This document shows, piece after piece, positions 14,662 through 23,674 of a stretch of 38,965 nucleotides of DNA. Each line of letters starts with the position of its first letter. The stretch's first letter is position 1. This DNA is from a virus: the IMG/VR virus record IMGVR_UViG_3300029481_000019, one strand, 5' to 3'. Position numbers and translations under genes: made by a program. The notes beneath the pieces are model-generated. The model was not told the origin of the DNA. It worked only from the letters and a program-made list of their open reading frames with translations, and searched no databases.

Positions 14662-16545
14662 TTACTCCTTTACGAAAATACGTACACGTTTGCCGTTGAC
14701 ACGGCAGGTCTTGCTTGTCAGGCCATAGTGCTTGTTGGCCTGGCGGGTGAACTCGTTTTGACCAAGCGGCTTCAAGTTGTTCCTGATAGCCCAGGCCATA
14801 TAGTAGTCGTATACCAGCGCCGTCGACTCGTTCACCACCTCGTCGACGGGCGTGTCTGCGAAGTAACCGAGGACGGGGTTGTTGGCGACGTGGTAGTCCT
14901 CGATCTCCTTGACCACGACCTCCGGCATCGTAAACGCGCGGTTTGCCAAGACACGCTCGAGCCCCTTGAGGCCGATGTTGATCAGGTGGCTCATGACTTC
15001 TGGCGAGTGGAGCTTGTACTTGATGTATGGGTCGAAGTCCGGGTCGTCTTTCGAAAATGTCGCCTTGAACGGCACGAGCACGATGCGGTCGAGCACGGCA
15101 CCGGTCTTGTCCCTGATGCGTGGCATCGAATTCGCCGAGAACAGCAGTTTTGCGTAACTCGAGAAATCAAACGGGTCTTGACCCTTCCGCTCGGCGTTGA
15201 CGCGGTCACCGCTTACTAGCTTCTTGAAAATCGCCGGGTTTGCGATGAACTCGTCGCCGATGTCGTCGCCTATATTGGCCAGCTTGCCGAACAGCTCTGC
15301 CGTCTTGAACCTCTCGCCGAGCTCAGCCAGGTCGAGGGCCGACGTGTTGCTGTCGCCTAGCAATGTCTTGAGCATGTCCAGATACGTCGACTTGCCGTTC
15401 GCCTTGTCGCCGACCAAGATGAAACTCTTGCGGAGCTCGTTACGCCTATAGAACAGATAACCGATGACCTCCTCCAGCAATGAATATATCCCGTCGTCAC
15501 CGCAGGCGAGGCGACGCAGCGTCTTATCGGTGAACTCCGACCAAATCGTCGGGTCATACTCCCACGGGATGCGGTTCGTGATCACGAACTCCGGCGAGAA
15601 CGGCATGAGTTCCCCCGTCTTGAGGTCATACACGCCGTTGGCGAAAGCGATGTAATCGGCATCGGCCGCAGGTGCGTCGTCTTGGATGAGCACGTCGAGG
15701 TAGTTGAGTACCTCGGTGCGCTTGGCCTTCGACAACATGGGCAAATGCTTGATCATCGCGTTCTCGATAAGCAGATTGCCCGACACATAGACGCCGTCGC
15801 GGTATACGTGGAGCTGATGGCCGATCTTGATGATACGGTGCTCGTTCTTGAGGTACTCGGCGAACTTGTCGAACAGGAACGTGCCTTTGTTGAAAAACAC
15901 ATCTTCGGCAAAAGCATCGTCGCGGTAGACAACGTCCAGTTCTTGCTGCTCCATAGGCTTTTCGAACATGTACCGGTTGATGACGGCCAGGGTCTCACGC
16001 GCCTCGTCTTTCGTGAAACCCTCCGACTGCAGCGTCAAAATATAATTGAATAACGCTTGGTTGCGGCCGTCGCCCTCTTCCATCTCGCCAAACTCTGGTG
16101 TGTACTGCACGGGCCTGAGCCAGCACGGTAACTCGTCATAACTTTCGTCCGGCTCGATGTCATAGATCACGTCGCGCTCATGGCCGTCGACTTTCAAGCT
16201 ACCATATGTGGCTTTCGACCCGACTTTGATGTCTGCGTCGATGCCGACGGCCAGGCGTGCGTGCGTCTTGCATTTCATGCCACGGGGGTAGCCGACGAAA
16301 TAGAAATGCTTGCCGCGTGTCGTCGCGACGACCTTGCATGCAATCTGCTCGGCCTCGATGATGTCCATCAGCTTCTCGCTCTGCGCCATGTCGTCGACAT
16401 CGATGAAAATCGTCTCAGGCGCCAACACACCACCGTAACCGTCGAGTTTGCGTGCTTGGGCCAATGTGAGGTATCGGCCGTCCTTCAACTTCTGCGCACA
16501 CTTCTTGCCATTGAGCTTCACGTATCCGATAAATAGACGGTCCAT
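14662..16545 (-). CDS. bifunctional primase-polymerase / D5-type superfamily-3 helicase (probable start MDRLFIGY at the TGATG overlap with the PolB stop; an alternative GTG start at 16620 is possible)
   Basis: N-terminal prim-pol-like region (FIDVDD, GKHFYFV) and a C-terminal SF3/D5 helicase with Walker A VGDKANGKST. Confidence 0.8.
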   Translation of the reverse strand: MDRLFIGYVKLNGKKCAQKLKDGRYLTLAQARKLDGYGGVLAPETIFIDVDDMAQSEKLMDIIEAEQIACKVVATTRGKHFYFVGYPRGMKCKTHARLAVGIDADIKVGSKATYGSLKVDGHERDVIYDIEPDESYDELPCWLRPVQYTPEFGEMEEGDGRNQALFNYILTLQSEGFTKDEARETLAVINRYMFEKPMEQQELDVVYRDDAFAEDVFFNKGTFLFDKFAEYLKNEHRIIKIGHQLHVYRDGVYVSGNLLIENAMIKHLPMLSKAKRTEVLNYLDVLIQDDAPAADADYIAFANGVYDLKTGELMPFSPEFVITNRIPWEYDPTIWSEFTDKTLRRLACGDDGIYSLLEEVIGYLFYRRNELRKSFILVGDKANGKSTYLDMLKTLLGDSNTSALDLAELGERFKTAELFGKLANIGDDIGDEFIANPAIFKKLVSGDRVNAERKGQDPFDFSSYAKLLFSANSMPRIRDKTGAVLDRIVLVPFKATFSKDDPDFDPYIKYKLHSPEVMSHLINIGLKGLERVLANRAFTMPEVVVKEIEDYHVANNPVLGYFADTPVDEVVNESTALVYDYYMAWAIRNNLKPLGQNEFTRQANKHYGLTSKTCRVNGKRVRIFVKE

Positions 16546-18269
16546 CACATCACCCCAAACTGCGCTAACCGTATTTTCGCCAACTGTATATACCAAGCCT
16601 TGTCCAAATGGCTCGGGCACTTCTTACCGTGCACGTCGCCGTTGTCGATAAACGAGTGCTCACTCGTGTTGCCGAATTTCTCAGGCTTGGCCTTACCGGC
16701 CTTGACACGCCCGACCATGCCGTCCGACGCACGTGTGGATGCGAATACACGGAAGCACCTATCAGTGAGCCGCTCATGCCCGTGCACGCCGTACTTGTAT
16801 TTACCGGACACCTTCACCACGCGCTGGTAATCGATCAGATCATCATCGCCCATGATGGTGTCTTCGACGGGCACGCCGTGTACCATGTACTCGACGAGCG
16901 CCTTGTTGACGACGGCGAGGTCGTAGTCGAGCGGCCCCAGCTTCTTGACGTACGCGCCTTTCGTCTTCATCGACCCATCGGCCGCCACGAGGACGTAGTT
17001 ATTGACGTCCTTCTGGTAAACACGGGTAAACTCATCGAATTCCAAGCCCATACCGGTACGGTGCTCCCACTCATAGGCCACGTCGTCGACACGGTCGTAA
17101 AACGCGTCTGGCCCGCCATCGAAATCGTCAGGCATGCGGATGAGCACGCCATCGGTGTTGCTTTGGATGATCTCGGCACCCACATCGCGAACGAGCTTGT
17201 GCATGAGGTCGATGAGCATGAGCTGGCCGTTGACGCAAACCATATTGGCTTGCCGCGGGTCGTAGAGTGCATTGAACTTGTCTTTGCTGGCGCCGTAGGT
17301 GCCGTTGACGACGAGTTTCAATGCCTTCTGGCGTGGGTCTTTCGCATGCTTCAACTCGATACGGTGGTCTCGAATGCCCTTGAACTTCGACGGGTCATGC
17401 ACGTTGCGTGACAACAATTCGTGTGCAATCATCTCAGCTGGGTAATAACTCTCGACGTCGACGTTGATGAAATAACCCTCGCCGGCGTACTGCGCAATCG
17501 CGCCATGCAAGCCTCCCCATGCACACTTGTGCGGGCAGCCCGCGATGTCGAAATCGAGCGTCGCTGAGTAATCTTGATTCGCCGGGTCGAGGTACCACGA
17601 ACGGATGAAATCATACGGACCGAGGTCGAGGCACGGCAACGGCATGATGTCGAACTCGTCGTCGCGCGGTCGCGCAGGCCGCTCGGCACCGAGGATGATC
17701 GCCGTGAGTTGCGCATCGGTCTTACCGAGGTACACCAGCGGCAAGTCGAACATTTTGAGCAGATCCATACGGGCGTCGAACTCGCTTTTGCGCTGCATGA
17801 ATACCTCGATGGTCTGCTCGACATCGTGGCGGCAATATTTCACGGTCTCGGCGATCTCAGCCTCGGTCAATTTGCGATCGATGTCGAACGGCACCGTCGT
17901 CTCGCAAATATCGTTGCCGAGGTACGCCTCGTGAGTCTTGAGGCCCCTGTCTGTACGCGGGTGGAATACATCATAGTTGACCATGTAAACCTTGCGCAAC
18001 AAACTCGAATACTGCCAACCCTTGTGGCCTTCGGCGATGATGAAATCATTAATCGCCTTCGGGTTGAAACCGCACAAAATGCCTTTGAAAATGAATTGGT
18101 CATAATGGAGGTTGTTGTAACCTACCCAAATCTCACGCTTGTGCCCTTCGTAGAGCGCGGTGAGCGCGTCGGCATCGTTGATGATGACGCGCTCATCGTG
18201 AGTGACGGGGTTGATGACTACGACCATCCAGTCGTGTTTGAAAACTTCGAAGTCGTAGAAATTGAGCAT
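16545..18269 (-). CDS. family-B DNA polymerase, unusually small (574 aa) with 3'-5' exonuclease
   Basis: Exo I is DFE (FYDFEVF) and Exo III is YCRHD. Pol motif A is DVESYYPAEM (DxxSLYPS-like), motif B is KLVVNGTYG (KxxxNSxYG), motif C is SNTDGV (DTDS-like). Confidence 0.8.
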   Translation of the reverse strand: MLNFYDFEVFKHDWMVVVINPVTHDERVIINDADALTALYEGHKREIWVGYNNLHYDQFIFKGILCGFNPKAINDFIIAEGHKGWQYSSLLRKVYMVNYDVFHPRTDRGLKTHEAYLGNDICETTVPFDIDRKLTEAEIAETVKYCRHDVEQTIEVFMQRKSEFDARMDLLKMFDLPLVYLGKTDAQLTAIILGAERPARPRDDEFDIMPLPCLDLGPYDFIRSWYLDPANQDYSATLDFDIAGCPHKCAWGGLHGAIAQYAGEGYFINVDVESYYPAEMIAHELLSRNVHDPSKFKGIRDHRIELKHAKDPRQKALKLVVNGTYGASKDKFNALYDPRQANMVCVNGQLMLIDLMHKLVRDVGAEIIQSNTDGVLIRMPDDFDGGPDAFYDRVDDVAYEWEHRTGMGLEFDEFTRVYQKDVNNYVLVAADGSMKTKGAYVKKLGPLDYDLAVVNKALVEYMVHGVPVEDTIMGDDDLIDYQRVVKVSGKYKYGVHGHERLTDRCFRVFASTRASDGMVGRVKAGKAKPEKFGNTSEHSFIDNGDVHGKKCPSHLDKAWYIQLAKIRLAQFGVM

Positions 18270-18277
18270 CGCCGCAC

Positions 18278-18745
18278 CTAGTCAAGCTCGAAAATATCAG
18301 TGATCTGGAAAGTGTCGAAACCCTTGTTGTTCTCGCCATACTCCAAGCCATACTCAAACTTGCCGTCGACATACTCGGCAATATCGAGCAGCAAATCGTT
18401 ATACTCGGCGTAACCAGTGAACTCGACGTCGATGTCAGAACCCTCGGGCAGCAGCGAACGGAGGAAAGCGTTCATAATGTGGATCTGGAAGCCCTGCGTG
18501 ATAACCTGGTTCATGAAAATACGCTGGCCCTTGAACTCGCCGTCGCTCACGATCTTCATCCAGCACGACGCCATCGGCTTGCCGGTCTTCTTGGTCTCGG
18601 TGAGCTCGAGCTTGTCGATCGCGACCTCATAGCTGCCATGCGGCACGTCCTTGAAATCGGCACCGCCACCGTTGGCCTCTGCATCGGCGATGTCCTTCTT
18701 GAGGCCGTCAATGTCGACCATCTTGTCAAACTTGCTGAAATCCAT
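18278..18745 (-). CDS. hypothetical protein (possible SSB-like accessory of the recombination module, DUF669-like position)
   Basis: 155-aa acidic protein between PolB and the Cas4-like/AAA fusion. Call is from context only. Confidence 0.4.
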   Translation of the reverse strand: MDFSKFDKMVDIDGLKKDIADAEANGGGADFKDVPHGSYEVAIDKLELTETKKTGKPMASCWMKIVSDGEFKGQRIFMNQVITQGFQIHIMNAFLRSLLPEGSDIDVEFTGYAEYNDLLLDIAEYVDGKFEYGLEYGENNKGFDTFQITDIFELD

Positions 18746-18774
18746 GATATATCCTTTCAGGTGTTAACTACTGT

Positions 18775-20508
18775 TTACTCTTCGACGACGCGGCGCTTAC
18801 GGGTGCGGCGCTTCGGCTTCTCCTCGACTGCCTCGGGCTCCGCGGCTTCCTCGGTGTCGAACGGCGGCTCTTCCTCGGTGACGGGCTTGGCTTTACGCGC
18901 ACGGCGTTTCGGCTTCTCCTCTGCTGCATCGGGCTCCTCAGCAACCTCAGTTTCAGCTTCAACCTCAGGCTTAGGCTTGGGCTCTGCCTTCTTGCGTGCC
19001 TTCGGCTTCTCGACCTCGACCTCGGCCTCGGCCTTCGTGCCCTGTGCCTCGAGCAACGCCGCGTTGAATGCATCGACCGTGAGGTCGCAGCGGTCGCGCT
19101 TGAAATCGATACGGCCGCCGCCGAAGACGTTCTCGTTCTTGCGGAGTTGGAGGAAATGGCCACGCTCGTCCATATAGGCGCGGAGCGTCATGGTGACAGT
19201 GCCGGCTAGCACGTTTGCGACCTTGTCCGGCAGGTTCGGCTTGAACGTCGAGACCTTCATACCGTTGGCGTACGTGATCTCCGTGACGAGCTCCTTGGAG
19301 ATATAGATGATACGGTAGCCGAGGGACTTGAGGCGCTTCATCTGGCTGAGGAACTCAGTGCGCACCATGTCCCAACCCTTGCCGTAACCGCCATCGCTCT
19401 CATGCTTGATGCCGAGCTGGTCGAAAACATAGAAACGGCAGTGCTCATAGAGGTCTTCGACCAAGTCGAGCGCGATGACGTGGAAGCTGTTGTCATGCTT
19501 CTCAAGCTCATCGATGACCTCACGGAACTTCGACCAAGCAAGCACCTTGTGGCTCATACGGCCCTCGGTCACGAGCTCGTCGGCAATCTGGATAAACGGG
19601 CTCGTGATATTCTGTGTGTTGCCGTCGGTGTTGATGAACAACACATCGTCGAAATGATCGACAAACGTCGACTTGCCGACGTAACTGTCGGCGTAGATCC
19701 ACATATCAGGGTCGGTGATGACGGCCTCAGGGCGGCGTTCGTTCTTGGGCAGGATAAGCATATCATTTCCTCCTAGACAGAAATCTTTGTAATCACACCA
19801 GTCGCATAGGCGCGACTCATGTTTCGGGAATTCGGTGGCGTTAGCCATAGTACAAGTGCCGACCGCGAAGTCGGCGACTTTTTGAGGGTCATACTGGACA
19901 CGGTATAGAGTCGGCCACATATCTTCCAACGTCGCAGCTAGGCGCTCACGGAATTGGTAGAGGTCTTCGGTCTTCTTCTGCCTGATCATCGTCTTGGGCA
20001 CAATCAGGAAGGCCATGTCTTGGATGATCTCACCGGGGTGCGTCTTCTCGTAGAAATATTTGTAGACGCTCAGCTGCCCGCTTTCGAGGTACCTGTCGAC
20101 GTTGTTCGAATACTTGAAATCGAGCATCGTCCATAGGCCCTTGCCGCGCGGGATGAGCATATCGATAAACCCTACGAAACCGCTGTCGTCTTCGACCTTC
20201 GTTTCAAATACCGGGTCGGTATCGTCGTCCGACATACCCCATGCGAACTCACGGGCACGAGAGCCGAGTACGCGGATCTTCATGAGCTCGTTTTCCATGA
20301 AATCGGTCATGACTGGGTACGCGGCTTTGTAGTTCGCGATGGCCTCGTCGATACCGACTTCGATGCATTCATGCAGCATCGTGCCGATCACGAGCGGGTT
20401 CGCGGCATCGCAGTTGAACGGCACTTCAAGGCTGTCGACATAATTGAGCTTGAATTTATGCGGGCACTGGGTGAAGGTACCTACCCTCGAATATGAGGTC
20501 TTGAACAT
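18775..20508 (-). CDS. fusion of a Cas4/RecB-like PD-(D/E)xK exonuclease (4-Cys cluster) and an AAA_24/Sak4-like ATPase, with a low-complexity KPE-rich C-terminal tail
   Basis: N-terminal Cys (TQCPHKF) plus C-terminal CDWCDYKDFC, as in Cas4 Fe-S nucleases. Walker A is ADSYVGKST in the second half. The tail contains a duplicated EEKPKRRxRK segment, also visible as a ~40-bp DNA direct repeat near 18800-18940. Confidence 0.7.
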   Translation of the reverse strand: MFKTSYSRVGTFTQCPHKFKLNYVDSLEVPFNCDAANPLVIGTMLHECIEVGIDEAIANYKAAYPVMTDFMENELMKIRVLGSRAREFAWGMSDDDTDPVFETKVEDDSGFVGFIDMLIPRGKGLWTMLDFKYSNNVDRYLESGQLSVYKYFYEKTHPGEIIQDMAFLIVPKTMIRQKKTEDLYQFRERLAATLEDMWPTLYRVQYDPQKVADFAVGTCTMANATEFPKHESRLCDWCDYKDFCLGGNDMLILPKNERRPEAVITDPDMWIYADSYVGKSTFVDHFDDVLFINTDGNTQNITSPFIQIADELVTEGRMSHKVLAWSKFREVIDELEKHDNSFHVIALDLVEDLYEHCRFYVFDQLGIKHESDGGYGKGWDMVRTEFLSQMKRLKSLGYRIIYISKELVTEITYANGMKVSTFKPNLPDKVANVLAGTVTMTLRAYMDERGHFLQLRKNENVFGGGRIDFKRDRCDLTVDAFNAALLEAQGTKAEAEVEVEKPKARKKAEPKPKPEVEAETEVAEEPDAAEEKPKRRARKAKPVTEEEPPFDTEEAAEPEAVEEKPKRRTRKRRVVEE

Positions 20509-20812
20509 CGCAGTTTCCTCCTTTCTCCTTCAGGCGTTGTACTAGCCGTTTGAATTGGGCGAAATCGTCCGGCCAGACGATGACGGCTATACCGCCACTC
20601 TCCGTAATCTTCCCGCAGTGGTAGACCTGCAGCGGCGACGGCTTGCCGTTTGGGCCTTTGAGCTCGATACCGACGAAACGGCCGTTGACACATGCCAAGA
20701 TGTCAGGCACACCAGCCCGCGTATTGCGGTTGGCGAAAAACTTGACATGCCATACGCCTTGCGACTCAAGCCATCGCTTCACGCGATTCTCGAAGTTCTT
20801 TTCCCCTGCCAA
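20456..20812 (-). CDS. VRR-NUC domain nuclease (TTG start)
   Basis: 118 aa with GVPDIL ... GIELK PD-(D/E)xK elements. The start is immediately after the SNF2 stop (TAGTTG) with a GGGAGGTGA RBS. Confidence 0.6.
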   Translation of the reverse strand: MAGEKNFENRVKRWLESQGVWHVKFFANRNTRAGVPDILACVNGRFVGIELKGPNGKPSPLQVYHCGKITESGGIAVIVWPDDFAQFKRLVQRLKEKGGNCDVQDLIFEGRYLHPVPA

Positions 20813-22087
20813 CTAGTCACCTCCCATTGCAAACAGCTTCTCAGTGTAGTCGCGTCGCATAGCCAACGTATCGTAGATCTTCTCTTCGACAGTGCCTTTA
20901 GATACTAGCTCGTAATACGTGCATGGCTTGTCTTGGCCGACGCGGTGGATACGCTTCTTCGACTGCTCGAAGAGCGACGATGCCAAAGGCGGCGAGAAAT
21001 AGACGCACGTGTCTGCTTGCTGCAGGTTCACACCCATGGCACCAGACTGGTATTGAATGAGCGCGACCCCGTCGTCGGTATCGAAAAACGGCGACAAATC
21101 GTGTGCCTTGCCGTTGAGCACGCCATACGGCCTGTACCGCTTCTCCAACTCCGCCGTGAGCCCTTCGAGTTCGACGTCGAAATTGTAGAACACAACGAGC
21201 CGTTTACTCGTGCCGTCCAGCAAATCGCCGAACGCCTCGAGTTTGGCGCGCGAATACGCAGCCGCTAATTGGCGTTTCGCCGTGAGGTCGCCGAACACAG
21301 TGTCGCCGACGAAATCGCGGCCGAATGCCGTGATCACATTCGTCTTGGCGAACTTACGGTAATACTCGCTCATCGGTATGTCGATACGAATGAAACGCTG
21401 ATCAGGCAGGTCGATGACGTCGTCGGTCTTGAGGAAATCGCAACCGAGCTCCTTCATCTTGCGTACCAGCCTCTCCTCGTTCTTGTAACCCGTCACTTTA
21501 GTAATCGGGAAACCCTCACGCATCGTCGTCTCCGATTCGACGTATTGCCGCCAAAACAGCTTCTCGTCGATACGCCAGCCGAGCATGTTCAACTGCGTCC
21601 ACAGCCGTTCGTATTTGCCGTCGACAGGCGTGCCCGACAGCAAGATGAGCTCATTCGCCCTAGCTGCCAATTTCATCGCGGCCTTAGTACGCTTCGATGA
21701 TTTGTTCTGCAGCAATGACGACTCGTCGAACATTACGGCGAAACACTTCAACGCCTGAAGTTCTGGGCGCCTCCACAATAGGTCGTAATTGATCACACCG
21801 ACTGCGTCCCGTGCATGCGAGTCACCGATGCGCCGTTCAAAACCTTCCATGGCATGCGGCTTAGTCAAATTGACGACGTCGATATCATAGTAGTTTGCGA
21901 AATGGCCCATCCAGTCAGCCACTTTCGACTTTTGGCATACGACCAAGGCCAAATGCCAACACTTGTCCGACATCAATTTCTCGGCTCCGGTGAACGTCTT
22001 GCCCAGGCCCATGTCGTGGTAGAACGCGCAAGCGCGTTTACCCTCGACACGGTCAAGTGCTGCCTGCTGGTAAGCGAACAGGCCCAT
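20813..22087 (-). CDS. SNF2-family DNA-dependent ATPase/helicase
   Basis: GLGKT Walker A, DESS (DExx) box and helicase C-terminal motifs (QDKPCTYYELV...). Confidence 0.8.
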   Translation of the reverse strand: MGLFAYQQAALDRVEGKRACAFYHDMGLGKTFTGAEKLMSDKCWHLALVVCQKSKVADWMGHFANYYDIDVVNLTKPHAMEGFERRIGDSHARDAVGVINYDLLWRRPELQALKCFAVMFDESSLLQNKSSKRTKAAMKLAARANELILLSGTPVDGKYERLWTQLNMLGWRIDEKLFWRQYVESETTMREGFPITKVTGYKNEERLVRKMKELGCDFLKTDDVIDLPDQRFIRIDIPMSEYYRKFAKTNVITAFGRDFVGDTVFGDLTAKRQLAAAYSRAKLEAFGDLLDGTSKRLVVFYNFDVELEGLTAELEKRYRPYGVLNGKAHDLSPFFDTDDGVALIQYQSGAMGVNLQQADTCVYFSPPLASSLFEQSKKRIHRVGQDKPCTYYELVSKGTVEEKIYDTLAMRRDYTEKLFAMGGD

Positions 22088-22281
22088 TACACGAAAAACA
22101 TCGACTTGATTTCCTCACCAGTCAAGTCGTACCGGTCGGCGATAGCCTTGATCTCCGACTGTTTGAACTCGGCTTTGCCGTTGATCTTCCACGACAACGT
22201 CGATTCGGTGATGCCGAGCATTCGCGCGAGCCCGCTTTGGGTATCGCCGAACTCGCGGATTGTTTCATATAGGCTTTTCAT
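22087..22281 (-). CDS. Cro/Xre-type helix-turn-helix transcriptional regulator, first gene of the early block
   Basis: 64 aa with LARMLGITESTLSWKINGKAEF HTH and GAAGGAGGTGAAAG RBS. Directly downstream (in transcript sense) of iteron region B and a TAGTATAAT -10. Confidence 0.7.
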   Translation of the reverse strand: MKSLYETIREFGDTQSGLARMLGITESTLSWKINGKAEFKQSEIKAIADRYDLTGEEIKSMFFV

Positions 22282-22359
22282 CTTTCACCTCCTTCGATCG
22301 GCGAACCTCATTATACTACGTTTTCTTTCGATTTATTCGAGTATTTATAATTTTTTCGA

Positions 22360-22670
22360 AACACCTGTCACACTGTCAAACACCTGTCAAACGGCTGATT
22401 TTGGGCCTGTTTGACAGTAAGTCGCATCACTACGTCGCGTTTCTCACTGCCTGTCACACTGTCACACAGTTTTCTCCCCTATCCTTAGATAATTTGACTT
22501 TTTATATCTATATAAGGCCTATTAGATATATAGATATAAAAATATCTAATATAGGGGCCCCTTGTTGTTTGACAGCTTGACAGGTGATGAGAAACGCGAC
22601 GTAGAAATGCAAACACCTGTCACACTGGCCCTTTTAGGTGTGTGACAGGTGTTTGACACTGTTTGACAGG
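22360..22670. repeat. Iteron / AT-rich palindrome element B, with overall dyad symmetry. Forward TGTCACAC/TGTCAAAC copies lie on the left (~22366, 22374, 22385, 22452, 22460) and reverse copies on the right (~22567, 22640, 22651, 22661). A perfect 16-bp inverted repeat CTACGTCGCGTTTCTC (~22430-22445 / ~22589-22604) flanks the AT-rich palindromic core GGCCTATTAGATATATAGATATAAAAATATCTAATATAGGGGCC (~22517-22560).
   Basis: Read directly from the sequence. Homologous to element A (shared AAAATATCTAATATAGGGGC, TGTCACAC iterons, CTACGTCGCG boxes). Confidence 0.8.
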
Positions 22671-22676
22671 TAATTA

Positions 22677-22991
22677 CTACCGTAGTGCGTGGATCTGCGA
22701 CATGACGGCGTCGTACTCTTTCGGGCAGACGGCTTTGATGCACGACATGTGGTTGTCGAGTACGCCCATGAGTGCCGCATAGTCCACATTGGACGCCGCT
22801 TTCAAGAACTCAGACCCAGTGAGCTCGTCAGTGATGCGCTGTTCCATCACCGTGGCATCTACAGTAGGCTTTTTGAGGTGGTCGCGGACTATATACAGCC
22901 ACGCCAGCCTTTCGCATACGGCATAAGACGTGTCGCGCTTCTCCAGGTCGAGGATCTCCTCTTCGATGATCTCGATCGACACCATTTTCAT
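22677..22991 (-). CDS. hypothetical protein, 104 aa (last gene of the late block)
   Basis: ORF ending immediately before element B. Confidence 0.45.
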   Translation of the reverse strand: MKMVSIEIIEEEILDLEKRDTSYAVCERLAWLYIVRDHLKKPTVDATVMEQRITDELTGSEFLKAASNVDYAALMGVLDNHMSCIKAVCPKEYDAVMSQIHALR

Positions 22992-22997
22992 TCACCC

Positions 22998-23594
22998 CTA
23001 ACTGAGTTTCTTCCCGACGTCATGTAGCTTCTTCCTATATTTCTCGTGCAGCTCATGCTGCATAGGCACGATGACCTGCATGTCGTAATCGACAGCCCTC
23101 AAGTTGAGTGCCAAGCGGTCGGCATACTTGCATTCGTCGTCGACGTCTCGCACGAGCTCGCAGATCACGTGTGCCGCGGCGACTTCACCTGCATCATAGA
23201 GGTCTTTGGCCAACTTCGCATATAGCTCCTTCGTTTCGTGTTCCCACTTACACCACTCGCGCATACCCGTCTCGACAGCCTTGGACTTCGTTTCCGATTC
23301 GACCGCTTGTCGTGTGAAATTCGACCACTCGACGGGGATGACGTCAATGTGTTTTGTATTCGCCACCGGCAAAAGCTGGTTGCAGTGGTCGATGAAATAG
23401 CGGTGGATGCGGCGCATGGAAATCGTCTCACAGAGGAAATGGTACTCATGCAGTCGCTTGAAACCTTCCAAACCGAGGAAATTGTAGTAATCTGCCATCT
23501 GCTCGTGCATCATCATCATGCCGTCGATCAGGTGGTCAGATACCTTTGCGAACACATCAATTACAGGCATCTTTACCCATCTCAGTTCGTCCAT
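22998..23594 (-). CDS. hypothetical protein, 198 aa (helical; weak ferritin-like flavour)
   Basis: LEGFKRLHEYHFLCETISMRRIHRYF and ELYAKLAKDLYDAGE segments resemble ferritin/rubrerythrin-type four-helix-bundle patterns. This is speculative. Confidence 0.45.
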   Translation of the reverse strand: MDELRWVKMPVIDVFAKVSDHLIDGMMMMHEQMADYYNFLGLEGFKRLHEYHFLCETISMRRIHRYFIDHCNQLLPVANTKHIDVIPVEWSNFTRQAVESETKSKAVETGMREWCKWEHETKELYAKLAKDLYDAGEVAAAHVICELVRDVDDECKYADRLALNLRAVDYDMQVIVPMQHELHEKYRKKLHDVGKKLS

Positions 23595-23674
23595 ACTTTG
23601 CGAAAGGGATGCCTCGGCAGCATCCCTTTCTTCAGCCCTGGTCGAGATACTGCGCCAGAACTCCTATTCTGTCA

